DNA of 29,243 nucleotides from NCBI GenBank assembly GCA_039208735.1, contig JBCCQY010000113.1, forward strand, positions 1-29,243, read 5' to 3'. The notes under the pieces are model-generated. The model made no database searches. It was not told where the DNA came from and was given only the letters and a program-made list of their open reading frames with translations. This document shows positions 1-8,813 of the stretch, in pieces. Made by a program: the position numbers and the translations under genes. Source of the DNA: Myxococcota bacterium (GTDB taxonomy: Bacteria; Myxococcota_A; UBA796; GCA-2862545). The stretch's first letter is position 1. Every line of letters begins with the position of its first letter.

Positions 1-261
1 CAGCGTCCGGGGGCGGTACCCGTTGCGCGTGTTCTTCTGTTCCGTCGTGGTCGGCCCCGAACAGTTCCGCGACTTCGCCGTCCATCACCGCCTTCAGCGT
101 CGCAGCCAGCACCCTTCGCAAGGATCCAGTCGGATCTTCTTCGAGCAGGTTGCTGGCTGCGACGCTAAAGGCGGTGATGGACGGCGAAGTCGCGGAACTG
201 TTCGGGGCCGACCACGACGGAACAGAAGAACACGCGCAACGGGTACCGCCCCCGGACGCTG
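1..261. repeat. Long inverted repeat (arms 1-111 and 151-261, 39-bp spacer); the left arm may continue beyond the window
   Basis: The reverse complement of 1-111 equals 151-261 except for one mismatch (95 vs 167). Both arms are IS256 transposase 5' sequence. Confidence 0.97.
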
Positions 262-1398
262 GAGACCCGGCTGGGACGGTGGATCTGCAAGTGCCGAAGG
301 TGCGCGAGAGGGCGTACTTCCACAGCTTTTTGGAGCCGCGGCGCCGTTGGGAGAAGGCGTGCAGGGCATGTCGACGCGCTCGGTAGAGCAGCTGGTCGAG
401 GCGATGGGCGCGAAGGGGATGTCGTAAGAGCTCGGTGTCGCGCATGGCGGCGGTGCTGGACGTCGAGGTGAGCGTTCCGGGGACGGTCCCTTGGCGAACA
501 CGAAGGTCCCTACGTCTGGTTCGATGCGAGGTACGTCAAGGTTCGCGAGGACGGACGGGTGGCCTCTCGGGCCGTCCTGGTGGCTATTGGGGTCAACGAC
601 CAAGGCGAGCGGGTGGTTCTCGGTGTGGACGTGGCCGACAAGGAGCTGGAAAGTTCGTGGCGGGCGTTCATGCGGTCGCTGGTGGAGGGAGGGCTGCGCG
701 GCGTGCAGCTGGCCATTTCGGATGCGCACGAGGGGCTGCGACAGTCCATCCAGGCCGTGTTCAACGGGGTGAGCGGGCAAGGCTGCTACGTGCACTTCAC
801 CCGAAACGTACTGTCTCACTGCCCAAGTCGGCCCAGAGCTTCGTGACCGCGGCATTGCGCCACATCTTCCCCCAGACGACCCTCGAGCACGCCACCGAAG
901 CCCTTCGGCAGGCCGTCGACCTGCTCACCGAGAAGTGATCGACCGCTGGGCGCATCCTCGAGGAGGCCGAAGGAGACGTGCTGGCCTACTTCGGCTTCCC
1001 CCAGACGCATTGGCGTCCGATCCGTTCGACGAATCCGTTGGAGAGGTTGAACAAGGCGCTGCGTCGCTGGTCCGTCGGTGCTTCGCCTGGTCGGCATACT
1101 GCTTCTCGAGCAGGACGACGAGTGGAAGGTGGCGCGGCGGCGCTCCTTCAGCGTGAACTCGATGAAGGTGACAACGTTCTGGCCTTGGGCGCACGATGTG
1201 GCGTGACATCCAGCTCATGGACCGCGACCGGTCCGCCGGCCCCCTCGACCGCCTTCCGCCGCCCACAGGCCCTGGGACAACCCTTCGGCTTGCCCCAGCT
1301 CGTGAGACGGCCACACAGCCCACAAGCCCTACGACTTCAACGCCATTTCAGTCAGGAGGACCCGGTAATCTTCAAACACCACTTGCCGGGACTCTACC
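150..1398 (+). mobile_element. Decayed IS256-family element with a frameshifted transposase pseudogene and surviving right end
   Basis: IS256 motifs are spread over several frames: GTVDLQVPKVRE..YFHSFLEPRRRWEKA, GMSTRSVEQLVEAMG, SRAVLVAIGVNDQGERVVLG, GLRGVQLAISDAHEGL, QGCYVHFTRN, IRSTNPLERLNK. There are stops at 425-427 and 936-938. An IS256-like terminus ACACCACTTGCCGGGACTCTACC lies at 1376-1398. No left end is seen. Confidence 0.92.
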
Positions 1399-1504
1399 TA
1401 CTCGCGACCGAGGTTCAGTCCGCAGAACTCTCGCCTTGACGGGGAGGAAGAAATGGTAAGTCCTTTGTTCTGGGGACCGACATCTCCGGTCCCGAGATCC
1501 GGTC

Positions 1505-1656
1505 CAGCGCCGCAACGACGTTGGCGACCCCGACGCCCGTTTGGAAGCGGGTCCAGGTTCGAACTACCTCAGGGAGAGAACCAGAAGGTCATATCGCCGC
1601 GTTGGTCATCCGCCAGGCGCCCTTCGCTACTCGATTCCTCTTTGGGCCACAACGCC
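1505..1656 (-). mobile_element. IS5-family (IS903 group) left-end remnant
   Basis: 1609-1625 is identical to 6651-6667, and 1643-1656 is identical to 6685-6698 (left end of the larger IS5 remnant). The minus strand encodes QRGDMTFWFS (1604-1575) and, in another frame, GRRGRQRR, both typical of IS903-group transposase N-termini. Confidence 0.8.
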
Positions 1657-1690
1657 GTAGGCGCCATCACACCTGGAAGGTAGGGGGGGC

Positions 1691-2281
1691 ATGTCTAGGA
1701 ATTCAGATGCGGTCCTAATTGAGTTAGCGCAGTTTGGCTGGGTATGGAAGGACCGAAGCAGAGATCGCCAACGACTTGCACGCGACTTTGACGAGGCCTG
1801 GAGCTTCTCCAAGACTGGCCGGCCGCAACCGAAAGACCAGTTGGTCGATGCCACAGCGCGTCAACTCGTCCTTATCGAAGAGCTGCTTCAGTTTTATGTT
1901 GTTTCGGATCCCGGGGAGCAAAGGCGGATGCGGGCAGCTGTTAGCGGTCACCCCAGTCTCAGTCCCTTGTTGTTGGCGGTGGCACGTCGGTACGCGGAAC
2001 ATGGATCGCCCGAAAAGCCCATAGACTGTTTCCGACTTGCTCTTGCGGCCGTGTCTCTCGAAGACTGCGCGACAGACTTTCGAGATGTCCTTCAGACCCT
2101 CGGAGACGTGTGGCAAGCGATCGACGCAGCCGGCCAAGATCCGAGGACCCGATTTGACGAGGCATCTGGATGGTCCGAAACGGTGAGTTCCAAAGGGGGC
2201 GACATGTCGACAGCGGAGCGGTTCCTTACGTTCGAAAAGTCTAGTTATCTCAAGTATCGAATCCGAACTGGCCACCGCTGA
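1691..2281 (+). CDS. Hypothetical helical protein, 196 aa
   Basis: ATG follows a purine-rich RBS-like run. Composition is protein-like, with the motif FRLALAAVSLED..DFRDVL..LG. The ORF fills the gap between two IS remnants. Confidence 0.75.
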   Translation: MSRNSDAVLIELAQFGWVWKDRSRDRQRLARDFDEAWSFSKTGRPQPKDQLVDATARQLVLIEELLQFYVVSDPGEQRRMRAAVSGHPSLSPLLLAVARRYAEHGSPEKPIDCFRLALAAVSLEDCATDFRDVLQTLGDVWQAIDAAGQDPRTRFDEASGWSETVSSKGGDMSTAERFLTFEKSSYLKYRIRTGHR

Positions 2282-2303
2282 TCATGACTGAAGTATCACC
2301 AAA

Positions 2304-2478
2304 GCGTTGGTGCATGAATCCACTGAACAGAGAAGCACACGTGGGCGGGCGAGTAGAGGAACCGCATCGCTTGTTCTCGCTTGCCTAACGAATGAGAGAA
2401 GCATCGATGGTTGAAGCCAAGCTTTCGTCCAGACGCACTCGGCCGCGGATTTGGCGATATCGATTCATGCACCAACGC
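2304..2478. mobile_element. MITE-like element with perfect 17-bp terminal inverted repeats (IS5/IS903-like ends)
   Basis: GCGTTGGTGCATGAATC at 2304-2320 and its exact reverse complement GATTCATGCACCAACGC at 2462-2478. The element is intergenic, has no transposase inside and shows no clear target duplication. Confidence 0.85.
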
Positions 2479-2494
2479 CGTTCGGCGACGGCCC

Positions 2495-5400
2495 TCAAAC
2501 GCCGGTCTCGCGGAACTCGAACACCTTCAGCCGCGCAGCGAGAATGTCGAAGTGTGGCAGTTCCTTCCAGTTCTTGAGATTCCCGATGACGTAGAGCCTG
2601 TGCTGGGCTCGGGAGACGGCGACGTTCATGAGGTTCGGCCGGGAGGCTGCCCAGGAGCGTGCCCCCGGGGTGCCTCCGCCGAGGACGAAGATGACGACAG
2701 GCGACTCTTTCCCCTGCGAGACGTGAACGGTGCCGCAGGTGATGCCTCGTTTGACCAGGGGTCGAAGCCGTTCGGCGGCGACGCGGAACGGGCTAACGAC
2801 GAGGATGTCGTGGGCCTGGAGGCCATGCCTGTCCAACAACCGACGGAGTACCCGGCAGGCGGCCCTCCCTTCGGCTGGGATCCAGTTGCCGTCGGCCTTG
2901 CCCCGGACGTCGATCCACGATGTCGCAGGCACGGGCCTGGCCAGGATTGGCGGCGCACGCTCCGTGACGCCGTCGCCCAAGATTCCGAGCACGTCGGCTC
3001 TTTCGGGCGCAGCATGGATCATCAGTCCGTCGTAGACAGCATCGTTGACGACGGAGAACATTTCTTGGGCGCAGCGGCGGTGCACGCGAAGCGGCGCGCC
3101 GACCCACAGGGGAGCGCGGCCATGCTGCAGATGGGTGCCCAGCGGTGTGAGCCGGTCGGTCAGAGTTTGAACAGACTGCTTGCCCGGCAACCAGGTGTCT
3201 GTGATGTGATGGTGGTCGCGCAGGCGGGCTTGGGTGGTGTGCAACGCCGTGACAATGGGTTCAAGCTGGTGCGGGTCACCGACGGCGACAATACGTCGTG
3301 CCCGCCAGATCGCTCCAGCGGCGGCTTGTGGGGACGCCTGGCCGGCCTCGTCGATCAGGAGCCATCCAAACGCCTCGGCGCCGACGTTGGGAAACATTCG
3401 AGCCAGCGAAGCGAACGTGGTCGAGGCGACTGGGACCAGGAGAAACAGTCCCTGCCAAGCGGAAAGTACGGCATCGACAGGTGCGGTCCGAGGGGCGCCA
3501 CGAACGACATCCATGGCCGCCCCGAGTAGCGCCCGGCCGTACTTCCCAGATCGAACGAGGAACGCACGCTGCAGGTTGAGGGCCGCGAGGAACACGTTGG
3601 TCCGAGCTTCGTTCCAAGCGGGGTCGAGCCATGGAGCGTGGCGTTCCCGATGGCTCTCGTCTGCCTTCCAGGACTCATCAGGTACATGCGCGCGGTCCCC
3701 GCCAGTCATCGAATGGATGACTGCTTCCACCGCCTCGTCCGCGGTATCGAGTTTCCGCTTGGCATCCCGCTCGGCATCGGCTGCGACCTGAAAAGCGCTC
3801 TGCGCCCTATCGACTTCGTCCTGCGCAGCTTGGTGCGCGCTCCGCGCCTCTTCCTCGACGGCCTCGGCGTTGCGCTGGCGTTCCGCAAGCGGTTCATCTT
3901 CGGAGTGCCACAGGCGGGCGGCCCTACCGAGTGTGAAGATTACCTCCCACCACGGGGGACGTGCCTGCCGATGCTCGCGCCGTCGCTCTCTGGTGGTCTC
4001 GGCAACGGCGGTGGCCTGTTCGTGCTTCGCTCGTGCGGAAGCGACGATGGCAAGCGCATTGTCGCACATAGACTTTGACCGTTTAACCTCGGCTACGGCC
4101 CGCTCATGTGTGGCAGTAAGATCGGACATCTTCCCAAGGTATTCGTGCGCTTGTTGTCGCTTGGCACGGATCTTGGCCTCGGCGGACACCGCGTTCTGGA
4201 ATGCACCCACTGCTTCTGTCCAGGTGGCGGGTCCGGTCTGACTGTGCTGGTTGGTAAGCCAGTCCATTAGACCGATCCCCTCGGAAACTGAGCTATCGTC
4301 CTTCTTGGTCTTGGAAGTGAACCAAAGGGAGTTGACGAAAGCGCTGCGGTTCTTCTTGTTGCCCAGTGTTGCCGCGAGGAGTCCCCATCCCTTCGGTGCC
4401 GTTTCCGCGTGCCCCTCGTAGCCGACGTTGAGCAGTCGGGTCGCGTGCTCGCGCAGGTAGTCGGCGTCGAGCCAAGGCTTCGCAATGTTGCGCAAGTCTG
4501 GTAGCTCGCGCGAGATGTTCTCGACCGCGCCGTTGTTCGAGGATGCGACAATGATCTCGAAGCCTGTCAGCGCTGGAATCAGCCTTGGAAAAGAGATTCT
4601 CTTGGTCCCCATGTCCCAGCCGGTCCACTCTCCACGGACGAAACCGTCATGGGGCGAGGGCAGAGCGGCCAGCTGGTGGGCTCGATCGACGATGGTCGCA
4701 GCGATCAGGTCGCGCAGCATCGTCGTCTTGCCAGTCCCAGGCGGACCGTTTACCCCGAAAATTCCGGCATTGTCACAAAGGTGCGCACGGATTTGGTTGA
4801 TGGCCAGTTGCTGGGATGTCACCAGCGAATGCGTCGGGTCTGCAGGCCAACGTCCGGCAGGCACGTTGACTGGTGCGAGCATGCCCAAGATGACGTCAAG
4901 GTTCGCCGGGCTGCGGACGTCGAGTCGCGTCGAGTCGTTAGGCCGTTCGGTGAGGTATGCCGCCAGCGCTCCCCCAATGTCCCTGTCAGCAGCGGCGGTG
5001 GCGATGCGTGCGAGGTCGTCGGCGACGAAACTATTCAGGAAGTCCGTATTCTGCTGTTGATCGACATACCGAACCTGGACCGGCTTGGCCCGTACCACGA
5101 CATCGTGCGGTTTGAGCCACTCGGTAAGGCCGAGTGTGTCAGCGGCCTCGGCGACAAGCTCATGTACGAGCGTCACGCTGACGGGCAAACCTTCACGCGG
5201 AATCTGGTGACCATGCTCCTGCAAAGCTTTGGCCTGCTCGTCGTCCCAGATCTGGGTGAGGTACGCAAGCCGGGAGCCGAGTTTGGTGACAGCTTCTTCG
5301 AAGCCATCCAGCCAATTCGTCGAACTCGGACCAGGTTCCAGAGTACGGCCTAGAGCCCACGCCGCTTGGGAGACGGTTAGGGTGTCGAACAACAGACGCC

Positions 5401-5833
5401 CGGCGGGTGACACAGCGATCGCGAACAGAGCGCTGTCCCCGCGTGGGGTTCGCTCATCAATGTCACGGCTGGACTCACGAAACACGTCCGCGAGTGTGCG
5501 CTCGAGAAGGTCCAAGGAGAATTTGCCGCCATATAAGACGTATCGCCATGTCCGACGCGGCCCGAGATGTACCCGTCGTAGCGGATGCCCAGCCTCCCAT
5601 GGTGCTCGATCCTCCGGCCCGACGGCATAGTTCCGCTCGGACTCACCGGCATCTCGGAGCCGCAGTGATTCTGCATCGGACTTGTCGACGCTCTGGGCGC
5701 TAAAGTACTCGACTGACCTCCAGAACTGTAGCACCTGCGCATGGCCATCTGCCTCCGCCCTGCTAACGGACCTCGGCAACCTGCTACTGCTGCTGCGGTA
5801 ATTCGTCATTACTTGACTATTCTCCACGATCAT
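2495..5833 (-). CDS. Upf1/DNA2-like superfamily 1 helicase (AAA_11/AAA_12 type), 1112 aa
   Basis: Full motif set: SQQLAI, GPPGTGKTT, VASSNNGAVENI, STTFAS, LLIDEAGQ, VGDPHQLEP, HRRC, GTVHVSQGKES, NVAVSRA. There is a coiled-coil insertion. The start could alternatively be 5809. Confidence 0.93.
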   Translation of the reverse strand: MIVENSQVMTNYRSSSSRLPRSVSRAEADGHAQVLQFWRSVEYFSAQSVDKSDAESLRLRDAGESERNYAVGPEDRAPWEAGHPLRRVHLGPRRTWRYVLYGGKFSLDLLERTLADVFRESSRDIDERTPRGDSALFAIAVSPAGRLLFDTLTVSQAAWALGRTLEPGPSSTNWLDGFEEAVTKLGSRLAYLTQIWDDEQAKALQEHGHQIPREGLPVSVTLVHELVAEAADTLGLTEWLKPHDVVVRAKPVQVRYVDQQQNTDFLNSFVADDLARIATAAADRDIGGALAAYLTERPNDSTRLDVRSPANLDVILGMLAPVNVPAGRWPADPTHSLVTSQQLAINQIRAHLCDNAGIFGVNGPPGTGKTTMLRDLIAATIVDRAHQLAALPSPHDGFVRGEWTGWDMGTKRISFPRLIPALTGFEIIVASSNNGAVENISRELPDLRNIAKPWLDADYLREHATRLLNVGYEGHAETAPKGWGLLAATLGNKKNRSAFVNSLWFTSKTKKDDSSVSEGIGLMDWLTNQHSQTGPATWTEAVGAFQNAVSAEAKIRAKRQQAHEYLGKMSDLTATHERAVAEVKRSKSMCDNALAIVASARAKHEQATAVAETTRERRREHRQARPPWWEVIFTLGRAARLWHSEDEPLAERQRNAEAVEEEARSAHQAAQDEVDRAQSAFQVAADAERDAKRKLDTADEAVEAVIHSMTGGDRAHVPDESWKADESHRERHAPWLDPAWNEARTNVFLAALNLQRAFLVRSGKYGRALLGAAMDVVRGAPRTAPVDAVLSAWQGLFLLVPVASTTFASLARMFPNVGAEAFGWLLIDEAGQASPQAAAGAIWRARRIVAVGDPHQLEPIVTALHTTQARLRDHHHITDTWLPGKQSVQTLTDRLTPLGTHLQHGRAPLWVGAPLRVHRRCAQEMFSVVNDAVYDGLMIHAAPERADVLGILGDGVTERAPPILARPVPATSWIDVRGKADGNWIPAEGRAACRVLRRLLDRHGLQAHDILVVSPFRVAAERLRPLVKRGITCGTVHVSQGKESPVVIFVLGGGTPGARSWAASRPNLMNVAVSRAQHRLYVIGNLKNWKELPHFDILAARLKVFEFRETGV

Positions 5834-5881
5834 CGATGGCTTGATATAATCATTCCTTGAACGTGTGTGAGGTCCCCGGGG

Positions 5882-6698
5882 GGCGACGTTGCACGAGGGC
5901 GATGTGGCCCGTGATTGACATTTCGGCGAACCATCCGCCTGAAACGCGAACCGATTCCGGCATCCCGAGTTCGGCCAGGCGATTCAGGAGCTTGCAACAG
6001 TTCAGGACGTCGACCTGCTGACCCTCCGGATGTCTCGAACGAATTCGACCTCCGAACTGGCGTTTGTACCTGAAGAACGTGTTTTCTGCTCTCGCTTGTC
6101 GGTGTTGCCCGACCTGCTTCCGCCATGCACGACGCTCGACGTCCTCGATTCGCTCTAGGTGGGCATCTCGGTCTCGATGCCATACCTCCCCCCAGATCTT
6201 GGCCCTTCGAGAGGGAGGGATGACCGGCCGAGCGCCTTGGCCGCGAATCGCTTGGTAGACCGGGCGCTGATCGTAGGCCCCATCCCCAATGACCTCCGAA
6301 ACGGGACGTTCCACCCCGTCCAGCAGCCGAGGGGCGCGTCCGAGACTGTGGCATCCGTGAGTTCTGCAGCCTGGATCTGTGCTGCCGCATTGATGGCGAT
6401 GTGGCCTTTCCGCCATCCCCTTCGCCTGTCCACGTCTTCAGGAGATTCGGAAAACCAGTTAGCGATCTTGCGCGTCTTCGGAGCGCCTGATCGTAGCCGG
6501 GCCAGTCCATCGCGCGATAGCGAACCTTGTACTTGGGACATCCCTTCGATCGCTTCGAGCCCACAGCTCGTCTCCGTCGAAGCGTTCGACTACCCAGGCC
6601 ATCCATGAACCACCGCAATGAATCTTGGAACGCTTCGATCTCACGATGCCTCCGCCAGGCGCCCTTCCCCTGCTCCATTCCCCCTGGGCCACAACGCC
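5882..6698 (-). mobile_element. Internally deleted IS5-family (IS903 group) element with transposase pseudogene
   Basis: Fragments in different frames: KYKVRYRAMDWPGYDQALRRR, RRGWRKGHIAI..IQAAELT..SDA, GDGAYDQR..VIPP, RAENTFFRYKRQFGGRIRSR, LNRLAELGMPESVRV. The ends are GGCGTTGTGGCCC (from 6698, minus strand) and a degenerate GGCGACGTTGCAC (from 5882). Confidence 0.9.
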
Positions 6699-6786
6699 CA
6701 TCTACAGCTGGTGAACGGAACTTTGGCTAGTCAGGATGCCGACGGAAGCAAAACCATGAAGAATCGGAACGTCTTGGAGGAGCCGC

Positions 6787-7677
6787 GTGCGTGTTCTCAA
6801 ACATTTCGTTGTACTGATGTCGTGTTGGGCATGTTGCCTCGGGTTTTCCGGCTGTTTCCTTTTAGAGGAGGACAATCGCCTCATCCGAACCACAACCGAA
6901 GACACGCAAGCTCCACCGGTTTCGATGCCCGCCGGCCAGGCTGCGGCATGCCCCTCCGTTTTACCCGCTGGGGCCGCAGTGGAGTTCAGCGACTTCAACA
7001 CCAAGGGACTCACCGAAATCGAACTCATCAGTAGCAACGTGAAAACCATCCTGAGCGTCGGCGAGCTGACCGACCGTTTCGACGACCGAGTGGCCTTGGT
7101 CTTGCCTACAACTCTGGATGAAGGTCCTCACCGCGTGCTCCTGCGCGCGGGCGACCAAGTGGTCGCGGAAACGAGCATCGACGTTGTCAAGGCCTATCCA
7201 CTCGATGTACCGCCCTCTCCTGGTACGATCGTGTACGCCGAGCCGGATGGCACACTCAATTTCATCCCTCCGCTGAGCGAAGGGTTGCATGTCCCGAAAG
7301 ACACCCTGAATCGTCCGGACGAGAAGGGCTGGAGCTACTTCTTTTTATTCGAAGGTTCCGGGCAATTTTTTGACTGCAATGTGCCTACCGCCACGCAGGG
7401 AAGCATCGAGTTGACTGAAACCCCTGGCGATCCAAAGGCTGGGACTAACAACGGGTACGGCACATTCGATTTCGGAAACAATACAATTGAGATTGCGATT
7501 GACCGCCCATCAGGTCGTGAAACCTACATGGGAGAGTTTGGTAATCGAGACCCCGTTCGTCCGGAGGACTGTAAATCTAGTAGTGGGTCGTGCTTCGGCA
7601 CCATGGACATCATTCTTAAATCGCTCCAGACTTGTCGTCAGCTGGTCATCACCACCGAGGTCGAGTGCCGGTTGTGA
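6787..7677 (+). CDS. Putative lipoprotein of unknown function, 296 aa
   Basis: GGAGG precedes a GTG start. The signal peptide ends in GFSG-C. The mature part is beta-rich with several Cys. Confidence 0.8.
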   Translation: MRVLKHFVVLMSCWACCLGFSGCFLLEEDNRLIRTTTEDTQAPPVSMPAGQAAACPSVLPAGAAVEFSDFNTKGLTEIELISSNVKTILSVGELTDRFDDRVALVLPTTLDEGPHRVLLRAGDQVVAETSIDVVKAYPLDVPPSPGTIVYAEPDGTLNFIPPLSEGLHVPKDTLNRPDEKGWSYFFLFEGSGQFFDCNVPTATQGSIELTETPGDPKAGTNNGYGTFDFGNNTIEIAIDRPSGRETYMGEFGNRDPVRPEDCKSSSGSCFGTMDIILKSLQTCRQLVITTEVECRL

Positions 7678-7754
7678 ACCAACTCTACAACCTGTTCACA
7701 ACCGGACTAGACCCCGCGCACAAGGTTGGGTAGCGTGCCTGCGGGAGGGCAAAC

Positions 7755-8783
7755 ATGGAGCAGCCCGAAGGTGGAGTCTTCATTAGCTACAAACGCGAGG
7801 ATGAATCGCGCGCTCAGGTGCTTGCCGAGGCCTTGGTTCAGCACGGCTACGACGTTTGGTGGGATCGCGATCTTCGCAACGGCCAATCCTATCTCGAGCA
7901 AATCCAAGCACAGCTCGAGCGGGCAGGCTGCGTCATCGTTCTGTGGTCTACCGCGAGTGTTGGGCCTCAAGGTGGCTTCGTTCGCGATGAGGCTCGTCGG
8001 GCGCGAGAACGTGGCATCTTCGTACCTGTGGTCATCGAAGATGTCACTCCTCCACTAGGGTTCGGGGAAGACCAGGCACTCGATCTTCGAAGATGGAACG
8101 GCAATCCGAGCGATCCCTTCTTTTTAGACCTCAAGTCGGCCGTCACCGCCACACTAAGAGGTGCTCCCCTCGGGGCTTCGCTCGCTCATGTCGCCACGCT
8201 GCAAAGCCAACGACGCGTTCAGCGAACTGTGCTCCGAGGCATTCTGGCCCTGGCTCTCGTCGCCGGCCTTGCGGGGCTTACCGTTTGGCAACGGCAAACC
8301 TGTTGGAATGAACGGACCGTTTACCGGGCATTCATTCCTCCGATGGAGTCCACGGCCCGCACCGCAGGCGGCCTACTAACGAGTTGGAATGCGCTCTTAA
8401 GCACCGACCTCTTCAACAAAGACGCCCATGCCGACATCGCTGACAAACAGAACGTTTATTGGGAGGACTACCGAAGCTTACTGAAGCGATACGCAGAGTT
8501 CAAGACTGGAACTGGGCCTCGCGACTCGGCATTGACCCGAAGGCTCGACGACGCCATCGCCGCTTTCGAAGCCCTCCACGAATATGAACTGATGTCAATG
8601 AACGTCGTCGGCGCAAAGATCAACGAGTTGGAGAAGGCGGAGGCCAGGGACCCGGAGGCAGAGCGAGCGGTCCTTGCGGACCTGACCCTCAGGTTCGCCC
8701 GTGCACGCGACCGAGTGAGACATGCCCGTACGGCGTTGGAAAAAGTCTCATCAGAACCACAAATCTGTCGGTTTGGAGGCTGA
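7755..8783 (+). CDS. TIR (TIR_2) domain protein with one TM helix and a helical C-terminal domain, 342 aa
   Basis: TIR motifs VFISYKRED, VWWDRDL..G, VIVLWSTASV, FVRDEA (Glu at the catalytic position) and PPLGF. TM segment GILALALVAGLAGLTVW. GGAGG RBS. Confidence 0.93.
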   Translation: MEQPEGGVFISYKREDESRAQVLAEALVQHGYDVWWDRDLRNGQSYLEQIQAQLERAGCVIVLWSTASVGPQGGFVRDEARRARERGIFVPVVIEDVTPPLGFGEDQALDLRRWNGNPSDPFFLDLKSAVTATLRGAPLGASLAHVATLQSQRRVQRTVLRGILALALVAGLAGLTVWQRQTCWNERTVYRAFIPPMESTARTAGGLLTSWNALLSTDLFNKDAHADIADKQNVYWEDYRSLLKRYAEFKTGTGPRDSALTRRLDDAIAAFEALHEYELMSMNVVGAKINELEKAEARDPEAERAVLADLTLRFARARDRVRHARTALEKVSSEPQICRFGG

Positions 8784-8813
8784 CGTGACCTGCTCCCACG
8801 TCTCCAGACCATC

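Noticed and set aside
1453..1683. 76-aa ORF as a toxin tip upstream of the orphan gene
   Set aside because: The region is explained by an IS5 remnant on the opposite strand (RGDMTFWF motif, end identical to 6685-6698).
2383..2420. GCCTAAC...GTTGAAG as an integron attC site
   Set aside because: Too short, no internal L-box pairing, no integrase, and it lies within the MITE.
2411..3529. 372-aa plus-strand ORF
   Set aside because: Antisense shadow of the helicase in GC-rich DNA, with no motifs.
7755..8783. Assignment to Thoeris, CBASS or Pycsar
   Set aside because: No ThsA, cyclase, STING or other cognate partner is present in the window.
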